A stretch of DNA of 64,000 nucleotides from Antedon mediterranea (Eukaryota > Animalia > Echinodermata). Shown here in pieces: positions 14,201 through 27,413 of this stretch (positions are counted from its first letter, which is position 1; the number at the start of each line of letters is the position of its first letter). The translations under genes were made by a program, and so were the position numbers. The stretch is from assembly GCF_964355755.1 (NCBI RefSeq), contig NC_092671.1, positions 1,426,001-1,490,000 of the forward strand, given 5' to 3'. The notes under the pieces were generated by a model, which searched no databases, was not told the origin of the DNA, and was given only the letters and a program-made list of their open reading frames with translations.

Positions 14201-15290
14201 ATGGGTACAGTAGACAATATGACGGGTTACTGTCATTGTAAAGTTGTTAATTCAAATAGGCTTATACATACGTGAATAAACACTAGCATAACATGTGTGT
14301 AAAACATACAAAAACCGTGTTGGTGGGTTGATGCTGGACATGGGGCAAGTCTTCCTTGATGTTATTGATTTCAGATTAGAAAATAGTGATGGGCGAAATT
14401 ATTGAAACACAGTTTAGAAGAGCAGGCCTTGTATGAAGTAAAAGTCAAAGTAAAACATCCCTCATGGTTGCTGTTGAAAACTAGGTGCTCGCAATTTTCA
14501 ATACACACACAAATATATCCATGACTAAAGGTTTGCTTGAAAAAGGAATAGGGATTAGGTTTAATGAAATATCCCTGCAGCCTACTGCAAGATTACATTG
14601 CTAAAATGACCCATGTTGAACAGCCTACTCATGGATTTAGGGCTATACTATTCTGATGACCTAGTTTAGCATTATAAATATTTCAAACATTAATGTGAAG
14701 CATCTATGTGAATTATTTAGTTTATATTGATTTCTTTTTTATTCCATGGCATTGCAGTTTCAAGAACATCATTGCTGAAATATTTCCGCTGTAATGTTGC
14801 TCTTAAGATTGTTTAAAAGCTCCGAGTCTAAACTAACAGTAAATGGGAAACATTGCTGATTATCATATTTTCTAGTTTTTAACCCAGAAACTTTTGCAAT
14901 TTTGTATATTTTATTATAAATCTTCATTATAAACATTTTGATTAAAATAAAAATATATCGGACTATTTTACTATATCATTTTCTAGAAATCTAGGGTTGA
15001 TAAAATGTTTGTCCACCTAATTAAGTTCAATGAACGTCTACATCAACCGCAACATATCATTAATTTTCCAATTACTATAATAAACCCAGAATAAACCTAT
15101 CTATTTCTATTCCAAAGGAAGTTCACCATGAAAAAACTTGTTCTTGTGGCTACATTATAGTTAAGGCTATTCTATAAAAGGTCACATTTAAAAAAATTCA
15201 TTGTTACTGAAAATGGTTGGACGGTTTGGTTATGATAAGGTTCAAACTTAATCTAACGTATGGTATGGTCCTCCTATGACGGTAATCTAA

Positions 15291-16312
15291 GACCCCATTT
15301 ACACTTCAGCTTTTAGCGAGCCCGAGGCCGGCTCCGAGCCAAAAGTGCACAAGTGTAAACACTCTGGGACCAAACGAGCCGGCCTCGAGCCGGCTCAATT
15401 TTTAGCCTAGTCTAGAGTAGGCTTCAGGCCGGCAATTGCGGGCTTCGGGCCGGCACTTCGTATAGTGTAAACACTCGCGGTCATAAAATGAACGTTCTGG
15501 GTCAACTATAGTTTAAAGTTTACAAAACTTATTGCTGATGAACGGGAATTCTTCATTGAAATTAAATTGGTGAAGATGTATACGCCTTTTTCACGAAACG
15601 GAAGGCATCTTCGATCGATGACAAACAATGCCGTGCAACGAAGCGTAACCAACAGAAATAACATAGCGTTTTCAGGGGATTTCAGGACACCATGCGGCGC
15701 CTATGCTTATACACTGTGGTGTTTTGTTTTTTTCGATGGCCTTTAAGAAGTGAAAACAAATTTTCTAATTTTTTTCAATCACACAATTATGTAGGCTAAT
15801 CTTTAAAGAACATTTTACAGAAAAAATGTTGTCCATACGACTGTCCGTTGAGGAGTTACGAATTAATGGAGTAACTTGTCCTCCGAAAATAGGCTGAAAA
15901 CGCTATGTTATTTCTGTTGGTTACCCTTCGTTGCACGGCATTGTTTGACATCGATCGAAAATGTCTTCAGTTTCGCGAAAAAGGCGTATTGATCAACTAC
16001 TATATTCTTCAGAAAACGAGACGCAAACATTAGTAGTAAAGCAACAATACAATTGTTTTGATCCATATTAAATACCGTTTAATAATATTAACTTTTTAAG
16101 ACGGTTAGTGGGCGCACATGAGCGGATATGACGTGAATGTAGCAAAATCGTATCATCGAGCACTCTTCCGTGAGAGCAAGTGTAAACACAATAGTAGGGG
16201 CCCGAGGCCGGCTTTTTGGGTAAGTGTAAACACATTGCGGGCTAAAAAGAAAGCCGGTGTCGGGCCGACTTCGGGCCGGCTAAGAAATCGTCGATGAAGT
16301 ATAAATGGGGTC
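15291..16312. mobile_element. PIF/Harbinger-type MITE
   Basis: 18-bp TIR GACCCCATTTA(C/T)ACTTCA, TAA TSD (15288-15290, 16313-16315), and subterminal AGTGTAAACAC and GCCCGAGGCCGG repeats. Confidence 0.85.
15580..15989. mobile_element. Nested MITE with ~95-bp inverted repeats
   Basis: ATACGCCTTTTTCACGAAA...GCGTTTTCAG (15580-15674) is the reverse complement of 15894-15989. It lies inside the Harbinger MITE. Confidence 0.8.
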
Positions 16313-17067
16313 TAAGTATCTGGTCTACGGTACTCCAACTTTCTCTTTGATTTATCTCAGAGTATTAAATTTGCAAAGTAACTTTTACTTTAGAAAAAGT
16401 GAAGTCTGAACACCTCTCTCTTGAAATGTTTTCCGTCATTCCGACATTACGCTTTCCACGATTTCTTTCCATGTTTTTCTGTTTTGGGCAGGATGGGTTG
16501 TCATTGTGCTAAAGTCTCTATTTTTTCCTTTTAAATATGTTTTTATTTGGTTTATCCAGTTATCTTTTAGTGGTGGTCTTTTATTGTCTTGTTAGTTTTC
16601 TTCATTGTTTAATTGATGGAACACAGCTCTTGCAAACATTACAGCATGAAAACATCTAAATTTCATAAAATTTGCTAGTAAGACAAAGCAAGCAGGTACT
16701 TAGACACGTGATGATTTATCTTAGCATTATTAATGACATTGTTTAATGTGAAAAAAGTAGAATGTAACAGACCATTAACTAAAGTCAAAACAGGTCACTG
16801 TGTTCATAAACATTAATAATTTACAGAGTGAGTGAGCCTGCAACAAGGTAGAGATAGTACAAAAAACCCACATATAAACATACATAGTCAGTTTATGCTA
16901 GGCCACCAAGAAACAAGGCTTGTGTCAGACAATTGACACAGAACAGATTTACTCCCTATAAAAAACAAGTCCCCCTGATTTCCAAGCTTCTTCAGTCATA
17001 GTAGAAAAACAATGAATATACTGAAGTAAATTAGATTTCAACCAAAAACTACTTTTATAGTTACATT

Positions 17068-17120
17068 ACTCCAAGAGATGGTTGTACCATAACAACCGAA
17101 ACGTCAAGAGATTATCAACT
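17068..17120 (+). mobile_element. Degenerate Penelope-type hammerhead remnant
   Basis: CTCCAAGAGA-T-GGTTGT-accata-ACAACC-GAAA-CG-TC. Stem II, GAAA and ACGTC are intact but the CUGANGA core is mutated. Confidence 0.5.
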
Positions 17121-17694
17121 TTAGGCTACTCATTTACTTGTTGAAAAGATACAATACAATACAGTACAGTGTTCCACACATCTTACTTTACAATGTTTAT
17201 TCATCATGCAAAACTACAATCAACACAGATCACATTCAATCCTGCACTGACTTTGGGGGTTGGGACACCCGAGGAAACCTTAGTTCACAAAAAAACTCAT
17301 CTGAACTGGTTAGAGAGAAACCAAAATTCAATATTGGGACTATACCCGGGAATATGACTGTTTGTAAAAATCATAAAGTAGAGGATGGGATTAAAAGTGG
17401 GATTGTACATGAGAATATACGTTAGTATAAAATGAAAAGTCTCTCAATCAAATATGCTAATTGATGTATAAAAGGAATATTGAACAAACAATATAAGTGA
17501 GTAGAATAAACAACAGGAATCAGTCAGATGGAGGACAAACATCTACACAACTGTTGCAAAATGAAAATTGATGTGATTCTACAAAATTGAATTTTCTGCC
17601 TTATTTCATATTAAACCACAGGCATAACAAACACATTAGTAAAGTACGGTTGCAGCGTGTGCTTATAAAAAGAAATATAGTTAAGTTGAGAATG

Positions 17695-17742
17695 TCTCGA
17701 CGACGACGTTCCGGTTGTTATACTACCACCATCTTCAGGAGC
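17695..17742 (-). mobile_element. Degenerate Penelope-type hammerhead remnant
   Basis: Minus strand CTC-CTGAAGA-T-GGTGGT-agtata-ACAACC-GGAA-CG-TC. CUGAAGA is intact but GAAA is mutated to GGAA. Related to the copy at 17068. Confidence 0.55.
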
Positions 17743-18241
17743 AAACAGATTTTATTAGGCCTAAACACACAGTTGTTCTACTTCATATTCATTACTAAGC
17801 TAAAATCAACTTGATATATATTTGAGCTGTAAATCTTTTAAACATCAACATAAAGAAGATTTATAGATATTGTGAAGTCTAAATGACTTCATAGGTTGCT
17901 GCAGTAACCTGCTTCTTTCTAAGGATTTTTAATACTATACTTTTTTTTCTTAAAGATTATTTACAATTTGTGATTGGTTAAACATTTTCAAATTGCCAAA
18001 TGCGGGTGAAATACAAGGTAATACAAGATAATCTAAAATAATTAAATGCAACAACTATTTACAACATGCAAAAATTGGGCAAAAATTAAAGCACTTGTGA
18101 TGACCAACAACCAAACTACATCATGTTAGTTCATTGTGTGTATGTAGGAAAATTGGGATACCGTGTCCTCACTTCTCACCTAGACACAGATTTGATGGTT
18201 TCTAGTCCAGGCAACGAGTTACAGAAGTAAGGTTTACTATA

Positions 18242-19017
18242 CCGTAGTTCCACGGGTATAATCCCACCCCCCTTGTACGTGAAATTTGCCCGAATTTGGG
18301 AGGTGGGACTATACCCGGGGATTTCCCGCTGCATGAACTGAAAATTACGATATTCTTCTAGCTTTAGGCTATCTAAAAGCTATATTCCGATGTAGGCCTA
18401 GCAATTAGACAACCAGGCCAACTAGGCCTAGGCGGCCTAATTGGTCTTACCTGTGCTATGCCTACCGTATAGATTTTCCCCGAGATTTCTATATAAAAAA
18501 TACCCTAAAATGTGATCTAGGCTAGGCCTAGCTTCCTAAATCGACATGAACTCGATCATACCAGTTCTCCATGTTCACCCACACGCTCGAGCTCTCTGTG
18601 TAAATCGCATGTTGTTGCATGTGACACAAATTCTACTGCACAAGCCGGTCGGTATAGAGGGCGGTGTTTTTTTTACGGTAATCAAGCATGCACAGTAGTG
18701 TAAACAACAAGAAAGAATGTACACGACGGCGAAAGGATGTACAGAACGTGACGATCGGGGCATGCTAGCCTTAAGCTTGTATTCAACTTAACAATGTTTG
18801 ATGAGTTTTAAGTCAGCCAAATTCAGAGAAATTACTCAATTTTTTGGGTGAGAAATTGACGTCGGCCTAGCTAGCTACAGTAAGCCTAGGCCCACCTCTG
18901 GCCTAATGTTAAATTATACACTGGGACTTTGCCCGGGGATATGCTTGCGTGCGAAGGTAATCGTAAAGTCGGGGGTGGGATTATACCCGAGGTGGGATTA
19001 TACCCGAGGAACTACGG
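18242..19017. mobile_element. Tc1/mariner (pogo/Tigger-like) MITE
   Basis: 27-bp TIR CCGTAGTTCC(A/T)CGGGTATAATCCCACC, TA TSD on both sides, and duplicated subterminal GGTGGGATTATACCCG motifs. Confidence 0.9.
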
Positions 19018-19639
19018 TAATAGTAATAAAAAATCATTTGTTTTGATTAATTCAGGTTAAAATTTACCTTAAGCCAATAATTTTACTTATTTTTCTTAAA
19101 AAACTTATCCTATACTGTACTACGTCCATTTCATACAAAAAAAATAACTGGTTTGATAAATAAAGCCTAGTTTTTCAATTCAATTTTCATTACATTCAAA
19201 AATGTAAAATTCTTTTTTTAGATCAAATGAGGTAATTTTCTTTTTCTTTGATTCATTTTTAAAAAAATAGAAAGAAAATGTAGAAATTGAGAATATTAAT
19301 CAGAAATGACAATTTACAACAGAATATGTCGGCAGATCTTAAACACAGTGAATGCGGTATCTTTACAGCAATACAACATTCTTTGCATTTAATACACTTC
19401 ATTACCTTTTTGCATTCAATTCAATTTCCAAGTTCACTTTAACTGTCATTAGTGTCTTCACTAACAAGCAACATCAAACAACTTAAAAACTAAAACACTA
19501 TATAACAATTACAGAATAATGTTTGTTGATTACTTGGCAAAATGCTTGCAAATCATTTGCTAAGAATATTACGTGCTTTGAATGTTCTGTATCACGTTCA
19601 ATTTCCACAATTTTTAAGTTGTGAATTTTGTTTACAGTT

Positions 19640-19895
19640 ATATTATTATTATTTATAGTCAATATTTATATAGCGCTTTTCTGAAAGACCAAGGCGCTAT
19701 AAAAAAATATAAATCTTATATACAATCATTTACAAATCAAATACAGACAAAATTACAAAAGTCTTAAGTCGCTTCTTAAAAGATTGCACATTAGAAACCT
19801 CACAAACCCAATCAGGTAAACAATTTTACAATTGAGACCCCAGAACCAAAAATGACTTATCACCAAAAGACCGCTTAGTATTAGTTATTCCAATG
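19640..19895 (-). mobile_element. 3' end of an L2/CR1-clade LINE
   Basis: Minus translation TKRSFGDKSFLVLGSQL*NCLPDWVCEVSNVQSFKKRLKTF matches the typical L2 ORF2 C-terminus (GDRAF...LWN.LP...FK..LKT), followed by an (ATA)n tail. Confidence 0.7.
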
Positions 19896-20567
19896 CATCA
19901 TGTTTATTAATTTTAAGAAAAATTGATAGATATACATTGGTGATGTCACCAAAAAAAATATAAAAATATTCAAATCTTCAAAATAAGTCCTCAGCATTTC
20001 TCTCGGTTTTCTGAGTGCCTAACTAATTAACTCAGAAGAGTAAGTAAATAATTGTCTGTATGTCCAATTGTAGGAAACAAACATGACATTGTTTCCAAGC
20101 AATTTAATAAATCGAAAGCTTGAGAACAACTGCACAAACTGTTACATAGATTATGTTACTCAGTTGATGTAAATCACACGTTTCAAACCGTAATCCAGTC
20201 AAAAGTGTCACAACTATTTCAGTAGTAATGTTCAACGAAAAGCTTCCGAACAGAATGCCTGTTATATCAGGGCTACAACATCAAGGTTAAATGTATTAAA
20301 CTACGTACCTATGGATTTTATTAATAACCGATACTTTTTGTTAGTATAGTATAATATTTATAAGAAAAGCATAGTTTAGATCAATAGAAAATCTATGATA
20401 TGAAATATAATTACAATTATGGTAACATTTGTTCCTTAAAAGGAATGTTCCCTATAGATTATTATTTTAATTGAGAAAGACAATCTAGTCCCTGTGGGCT
20501 TCCTTCTGGATACACAAGGTGTCTCCTTTACGACAATTGTCATATTTTTCTAAATATTCCCTTTAAC

Positions 20568-20738
20568 CAAGACAGATGTATTACCAAATATCTATTACCA
20601 TACAGTGTATGACAAAGTATAAGACAAGACAGATGTATTACCAAATATCTATTATCAGACAGTATATGACAAAGTATAAGACAAGACAGATGTATTACCA
20701 AATATCTATTATCAGACAGTATATGACAAAGTATAAGC
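20568..20738. repeat. 57-bp minisatellite x3
   Basis: CAAGACAGATGTATTACCAAATATCTATTA...GACAAAGTATAAGA repeated three times. Confidence 0.95.
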
Positions 20739-21445
20739 GCATGCTTGGGAATAATCCCACCCCATAATTCAGGCTAAATATGGATTTGCTCAATCCCATT
20801 TTTAATGCAATCTGGGTATCATCCCATCCCCTAATTTTTCGTCAAATTTCATATAATATTATTCTCTCTGGGAATATATTCGGGTTCATACAGTAAATTT
20901 TAAAAATGTATTGAATTGCAATTGAATCAAATTGAATCAAAGAGGTCAGTGTACGACCTACGACATACATGATATCCAATGTCCATAGCGTAATAGTTTT
21001 ACCGCTTTCTAATTACAGATGCAATGGATTTGTTTGACAAGATCTAATCTTTTTTTCAATAATTAACAGCCTCAGAGACCTCTATGCTTTGCATCTGTAT
21101 TTAATTGCTAACATTTAAAATGAGTCAACGGTAAAATGTCATGAAATCGTGACTCATATTATAATGTCCAAAATAATTTATATGATGGTCAATATTAAAA
21201 CGGTTACTAGAAAATATTACAAGAAATTAGGAATGATAGGTATAAAATATAATTATAAATATATATATATAACATAAATCTTTATTTATGATACTGTACA
21301 AATTAGACCATTTACAAAACATGGAAGAATTATTTAGAGTATCCTTTCAATTGATCTCTTCATTTTGTGTCATTTTCAGTTTTCAATCGCCAATTACAAT
21401 TAGATATTTGGTTCAATAAGGAACAACTATTTGGTTCATAGTGTT

Positions 21446-21546
21446 AAGCCCTGTCTACACTATCAAACTTTATATTTAGGTATATCACTACCATATTTGG
21501 GCACATAAAACTTTTTGGACTAGTTTGATAATGTAGAAAGAACCTT
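21446..21546. mobile_element. Short MITE (CTGTCTACACTATCAAACT family), deleted copy
   Basis: Same termini and ATCACTACCATATTTGGGCACAT core as the copy at 35281-35404. Confidence 0.7.
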
Positions 21547-21985
21547 AAAGACACATAGGATCTGAACTATATCAATTGTCACAATATTTGCAATGTTCCA
21601 TGTCTCACAGAAGTTATTGCTGATCCTTTTAAATACTAAACTTTATTCACATTCATCACCTATGATTTACTTTTTTAATTTATATAATTTTCAGTTTTCA
21701 ATCTCCAATTATAAATGGTTCAAAAAGGGCCAACTATTTGGTTCACAGTGCTAAACATGATACCCTTGATTTTCCTCTGGTATTAAACTTAAGAACTACT
21801 CAACACTGTTGTTAATTACTACATCTTGGCCCTAACCATCACTTGCTACACACTTTCAATTAACATACCATGAATCTATCTCTTCCCTTTTCTTTCCACA
21901 CCTTCATTATAGAGATAATAACACACAAACCAAACAGCTAATATACAAACAGAAAATACACGACGGACAATCATCATCTGCTTAC

Positions 21986-22057
21986 CTTTTTTTGATCCGA
22001 AGCAGAACATCGACGAATGTTATTTTTAATTACCGGAGGTGCTCTCTTTGCTGCCAT
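21986..22057 (-). CDS. Putative first coding exon of an unidentified minus-strand gene (MAAKRAPPVIKNNIRRCSASDQKK)
   Basis: Acceptor TTATAG ending at 22076, good Kozak context AAGATGG, 24 open codons, and a strong donor AAG|GTAAGC at 21985. No downstream coding exon was recognised in the window. Confidence 0.5.
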
Positions 22058-23476
22058 CTTCACTGATAATATAATCTATAATAGAAGTGTAAAGTAGGCT
22101 GTGAATTCTGATTTAACAGAACCATTCTGAGAATGTCTTTTGCTAGTTTGTTGAATAGCAAGTAGGTTAAATTTGTAATTTTACGATAAAAATAAACGTA
22201 GATTCTGGTATCAATAGACAAATGGTGGATATACCGCAGTGATAATTGCAAAAAGGAGGGAACACTTTCAAAACACTGTTCTAAATTCTCCAAGCAGAAG
22301 TAAACCAGGCCTTTGAGAGCTAAGCTGATATTATAGGGTTAAAACAACTTTGCCTCAGGGTGCGATCTTTGTACCTGATGACAAGCTTGTTACAACACAT
22401 ACAATTCATCCTTATAAATGAGGGTTTTGACTCGATAAGTCAACTAAAAAAAGAAAAGAATGAATCGGAAGCAGGTGCAAAACCAGATATTTTTATCTCT
22501 TTACCTAATTTTAATTTTTTTTAAATACAATTACGGTAAAAATCAATCTGGTATGTCCGCTAAATATTCAAAAATAAAATAAGTTTTTTTAGAAAATATA
22601 AGAATAACCCTTATTAAATAATTTATTAAGCTTGTTCTGTTTTATTTATTAGATTTTTTATGATCATTTTGTAAAAAAAATATTCTATAACAAATTTAAA
22701 ATGAAACTTGATAGACCTCCTAGTCGAAATAATGATGCAACTTATCCATAAATAATCCATATATGACGTAAATGAAATAAGTTCATAAATTTATGCATAA
22801 ATGTACGCTTTTAGTGTCATAAATCATAGGATAGGATTACATACATAGAAACAGTACATTATGGTTTAGAACATAATGCATGCAGGATATTATAGACCTC
22901 ATAAAGTAGCATTAAAAAAACGAGGAAATCTATAATAAAATCACAATATTCATCATTACTATTATCCTTATTATTATCACTTTTATCATTACGATGATTA
23001 TGATTTGAGAAAATGATAATTTATTCCAAATCTTAGTACTGTATGTTTTTTACAATAATACAAAAGCTAAAAAAAAGAATGAAATGATACGGAAGTTATA
23101 ATTGACAGATGAAATCATAATAATGCATGTCCTAATTATCATCTAATCATTAATAAATCATGATTTGATAATGATCAACCTCATCATCATACTCATCATT
23201 ATCAACATTTTGTCTTTATTCTGATGGTGATAATCTGGCATCATCAAAATAATTGTATACAGTTACAAATACAGTAAATAACAAAATGCAGTGGAAAATA
23301 ATAAAATTCAGACAGAAACTTACCAATCACTCCTAATAAGGATTGGAACACAGCATGTTCAACAAGAGTAACATCCAAAATAAAACACGGCTTCAGAGAT
23401 ATACACTCAATACCATAATAGAGGGGGCTAGACAAACTTTTCTACAAACCACAAAATAAACAGTTTGCTTCTTACT

Positions 23477-23629
23477 AAATTTGGTTCTCACACAACGCAC
23501 ATGCAATGCAAGTGAGTTGACCAATCACAAGCGACAGTTTGGATGAGGATCCATATCCATGTTGTGATTGGCTGATTGATTGCCTTTATACATCCTTGCG
23601 TTGAAACCTAGTTTGGAAGAACCAAGCTT
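23477..23629. mobile_element. MITE (AAGCTTGGTTCC family), degenerate
   Basis: TTGGTTCT...AGAACCAAGCTT ends and an internal CCAATCACAA/TTGTGATTGG inverted repeat. Related copy at 33357-33486. Confidence 0.55.
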
Positions 23630-23685
23630 ATGGAACAAATCTCAATATATTAATTATTTTATAAAATATAAATCAAATTGCTCAT

Positions 23686-23940
23686 AACAAGAGCAGGAGG
23701 TTGAGCAAAAAAAGGATGAGCCTTGCGCAACATGCGGGTGACCTGGAACATGTATGCCGATGGTCTAATTAATTCTAGTTTTTTTCAATGTTTTTCCCCA
23801 ATCATTAAAAAAATCATGCTTTTGTTTTTAGAATGGAAAAAAGAAGCTCTGACTGATCCTACACAATGGGTACACAATTTGTGTTCTAGACACGGACATA
23901 TAGATAGATAGACGGACGAACGGACAGACAGGATACTGAC
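23686..23940 (+). mobile_element. Possible Helentron/Helitron-derived non-autonomous remnant
   Basis: Starts AACAAGAGC after an A/T-rich flank and contains a GACGGACG/GACA microsatellite like those in DINE/HINE-type elements. Weak support. Confidence 0.3.
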
Positions 23941-24139
23941 TGTTAGAAGGTCATACCTCCAGACTTTTCTCACCACCTTGCCATGCCATGCAAGACCCAA
24001 CCGGTCAGGATGCTGCTGTCCCCTCAACTTAAGCCCAAACTAAACAATGTTCATAAGAATGGTAACCTCGTCCTCGGGGGTAGCCTCTGCTTTAAATATT
24101 AGAATATCTGACAATAACTTACTTCAGTATTAAACTTAC

Positions 24140-24348
24140 CTGCTTTACTAGTACTATTTAAAGGCATAATGCATATAAATATAGCCTCTAATCATGGCAT
24201 ATGATACAATAAGGCTTCTCTTTCTTTTCCTTCTTCTTCTTGCTGCAGGTCTTCTTGCATGTTGTGTTGTCTGATTTGTTACGTCATAAAAGTCACGTGG
24301 GTTAACGCAAAAAATCAAATAAGATTGTACTTTTTTTATAGCCAATCA
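24140..24348 (-). promoter_or_regulatory. Candidate promoter and non-coding first exon of the minus-strand gene
   Basis: Donor CAG|GTAAGT at 24140/24139. Clustered CRE-like TTACGTCA (24279-24286), E-box GTCACGTG (24292-24299), minus-strand TATAAAA (24334-24340) and AGCCAATCA (24340-24348). Confidence 0.4.
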
Positions 24349-25554
24349 TTCGTTTTAAATATTAATTATTTATGTTTATTGTAAACATTTTAATCATTAT
24401 TCACCCTTTCTTTTCTTCTGGTCTTTCATAATTCATAATTATAAATTAATTCAAGAAAAACATTCAGTACACTCTCGATATATGACTAAAATACGTTTAT
24501 AAGGAATTGTTAAAAATAGGTGGCGTTATTTTAATTCTGAATTTCTGTTAAATCTTTTGTTTCACTGCATATTTTAAATCAACTGTCGAAATTCCATAAA
24601 ACCTTGAAAAGGGGCTGATTTTAGGTCTTTTGTGTGACGTCGTTCGTTTCGAGATGGGATTCTTTTTGAAATTACTTTTGCAAACTAAAGAGTGATTGGC
24701 TTCTTTTCGAAATAAATGCTGTAAATTTGTTACCATAACAATTAATTGGTTATCATACTAAGATTCAGACTAGAGAGCCATGCCAATTTTACATTTTGCC
24801 AACAAAATGCAGATAAGAAGACGATACAATCAAAGTACCATTTGGAAAATAATTATCTTTTTAAATAGAATGTATACGGTTTGATTATTAATATATTCAT
24901 CAAGTTGTCATAATTATAAACCATGCATGTTTATAATTGTTTATATTCCTTTGACATGGGGCAACACAATGCTGACATTTACACAGTCTATCTCGAAAAG
25001 AAGCTCATCGTGGGTTTGATTTTGATATGGGTTTCTTTTCAAGATTAATTTTTCCGCACCAAGTTTATTTTCGAAGTTTTACGTAGCTTCCTCAAGGAAG
25101 AGCGTCAGAGATCTGGAGGTCTCTGATCCACAAAATAAACTTTATTAGTAAAAAATGTAATGTCTTCCTTGAAAATAATATGGATATTATAATGCATGTA
25201 AAATACTTATATAAGAAAGAATGATACGATAAAATACAAATCGCAACATTTAAAATACCGAATTAAAAATCTTCTCTTGAATTTTGAATTCGAAGTGTGT
25301 AGCCTATTGCGTTTGGAACAACAACAGATAAAACATGAATAATGTTTGATTCGCCCGATTCGTTTATAAAATTCTCTCTTTTCCATAATTGTATTAACTT
25401 TCTTAGAGTTTGTTTTTCAATCACCGATTTCGAAAAAATATCACCAATATAATTATTTTCCAATGCATTTACTTTTGTTTCAGATAATGTTTCTCTATCA
25501 TTGTGACTGCCGAAGTAGGGCGTCGGATTGAATTCTGGAGGTCCCTGGTTCAAC

Positions 25555-25576
25555 CATGGAGCCTAATACCTCCATG
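25555..25576. mobile_element. 22-bp hairpin micro-element with 7-bp TSD
   Basis: GTTCAAC-CATGGAG cctaatac CTCCATG-GTTCAAC. Confidence 0.75.
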
Positions 25577-26134
25577 GTTCAACACGCTCGGCATCTATCA
25601 CCGATGTATTTTTAATGCATTTACGTTTGTCTCCGTGTAATATACAAATAATTAATATTTATGAGTGGATTGATACAAATAATTTCATGGGGAGGTGAAA
25701 GATTAAATTTCTAATTGGAATTTCACACTGAATGAAATTATTTGTATCATTCCACGAACATATAATTTGACCAACACTCCAATCAAATGACAGGAATATT
25801 TAGGTGTTATACAATATATTTTGTTCAATGTATACTGCATCTGTCATTCATTAGGAGAGCGTCAGATCAGAGTTGTATGTCTGACGGTCTCTTCCGATCG
25901 GCATCGATTTTTAATATTTCATTGATTTTTTGTTTCAGTGTAATATTTTTTTCAATGTATAGGCCTACTGTTAGCTTGCGAAATATGGGAGAGCGTCAGA
26001 CTTATCTGGAAGAGAAGATCTCGGCATCATCAATGTCCACACCCATATCTGTTTGTAATTCATTTAAAATTATATTATCCGCCAAAGTGAGCAATTACTG
26101 CCACATAACATAAGGCCAGCACATGGCACAATTC

Positions 26135-26520
26135 AATTTCAATTCAATTCATTTATTTTCCAGCAGAAGACATATAAAACATTATAGGCCTAATACAATA
26201 AAAAATACAAACACAAGAAAACTAACACCAGTCTGGCGTATTGTAGAAAAGTGACAAGTCACTATGCGAGTAGGCTACTCTCATTCTGGTGGTGCAGACA
26301 AAAACAAGTTAACAGCAAAATACATTAAATAAGGCAGGGAAAAACTTAGAGGAACCAAAAAGGCACAAATCAGTCACTTCAATAGGGAGGGTATCCCACA
26401 ACATCGGAAAGGAAATAAAAACAGAGTGGTAAAATGCATTGGTGGTACAAGTCGAACCCATATGCCTAAAAACTAATTTATAATTTCTACGAGAAACTGG
26501 TGTGGGAAACAATGCACAAC
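26135..26520 (-). mobile_element. 3' end of a CR1/L2-clade LINE
   Basis: Minus translation AFYHSVFISFPMLWDTLPIEV resembles the F..SF....P.LWN.LP C-terminal motif, followed by an (ATTGA)n tail at about 26130-26153. Confidence 0.55.
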
Positions 26521-27262
26521 ATATTTAACTCGTGGCACAACGAGGGAATTATATTGTTTCTATTATATCATTATAGGCAGAAACTGCCGAATAATAACCC
26601 AGGGTTACAATTAGAAGATTTATATTCCTCCCGCCCCCCCCCCCCCCCCCCTGGCGGACAGCCGCAAGAAGGCAGACCATAGTCCGCATGCAAAGGGACA
26701 GTCTGCAGTAGTGTAGCATCAGAAGATCCACTACCGAAGTGTGGTGGCGCTTAGCAGCTTAGTGAACCGAAACGGAGCCATTATTATTATCTTGTTGAAC
26801 TGGTGGTAAGCTAGCCTAGATTAATCCTACACAATTTTGGATTTTACGGCAGTTTCGGTGATTGAATACATCTTTACCATTGACTAGATTATTATTTACT
26901 CCTGGTATGTTACTGAGATCCACAGTTTCTTGAATATTATAGTATATTTAAGCGATATATCAAAGCCAAAAACCATTCCCCATAATCCATATTCAACGAA
27001 GCGAACAGTGAGTACGGTAGCCTAAGTTAGAGCAGTAAGAGACTAGCTTGATGGGGCGTGTTTCCCATATATTGGTGGCCTAGCATTTGAACCTTTATAT
27101 ACAAATGTACTGTCAGTAGGATAAGGCTTATATGGATATGTGTCGTATTAGTTGTAGTAGGCATAGGCCTAATGTAATAGAGTCTCTATTTTAAAAATAA
27201 ATATTCAGTAATTAATTTAAATAATTCAGTGGATAGGCAGGAGCTAGGCCTAGAGGCCTATC

Positions 27263-27291
27263 CAGGGAGTTGTTATAATAACAACTCCCTG
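27263..27291. mobile_element. 29-bp hairpin micro-element with 7-bp TSD
   Basis: GCCTATC-CAGGGAGTTGTTA taa TAACAACTCCCTG-GCCTATC. Confidence 0.8.
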
Positions 27292-27413
27292 GCCTATCTT
27301 TCAAGTTAGATGCCAAAGTACAATAGCTCTACTTAACTTACTGTAGTAATATCATTGGTGTTGTTACCCTAACATAGAGCAATTGTTTTTTGTTGAGTTA
27401 CAGATTAATCAAG

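Noticed and set aside
16366-16472. Minus-strand ATG ORF MERNRGKRNVGMTENISRERCSDF as an alternative first coding exon
   Set aside because: No convincing donor site before the stop and no recognisable homology.
26500-26731. Poly-Pro and poly-Gly ORFs
   Set aside because: Caused by a poly-C homopolymer run at about 26634-26651.
27390-27413. N-terminal extension MLSYRLIK of the LRR ORF
   Set aside because: Starts at TTG and crosses the TTACAG splice acceptor. The real start is most likely ATG 27414.
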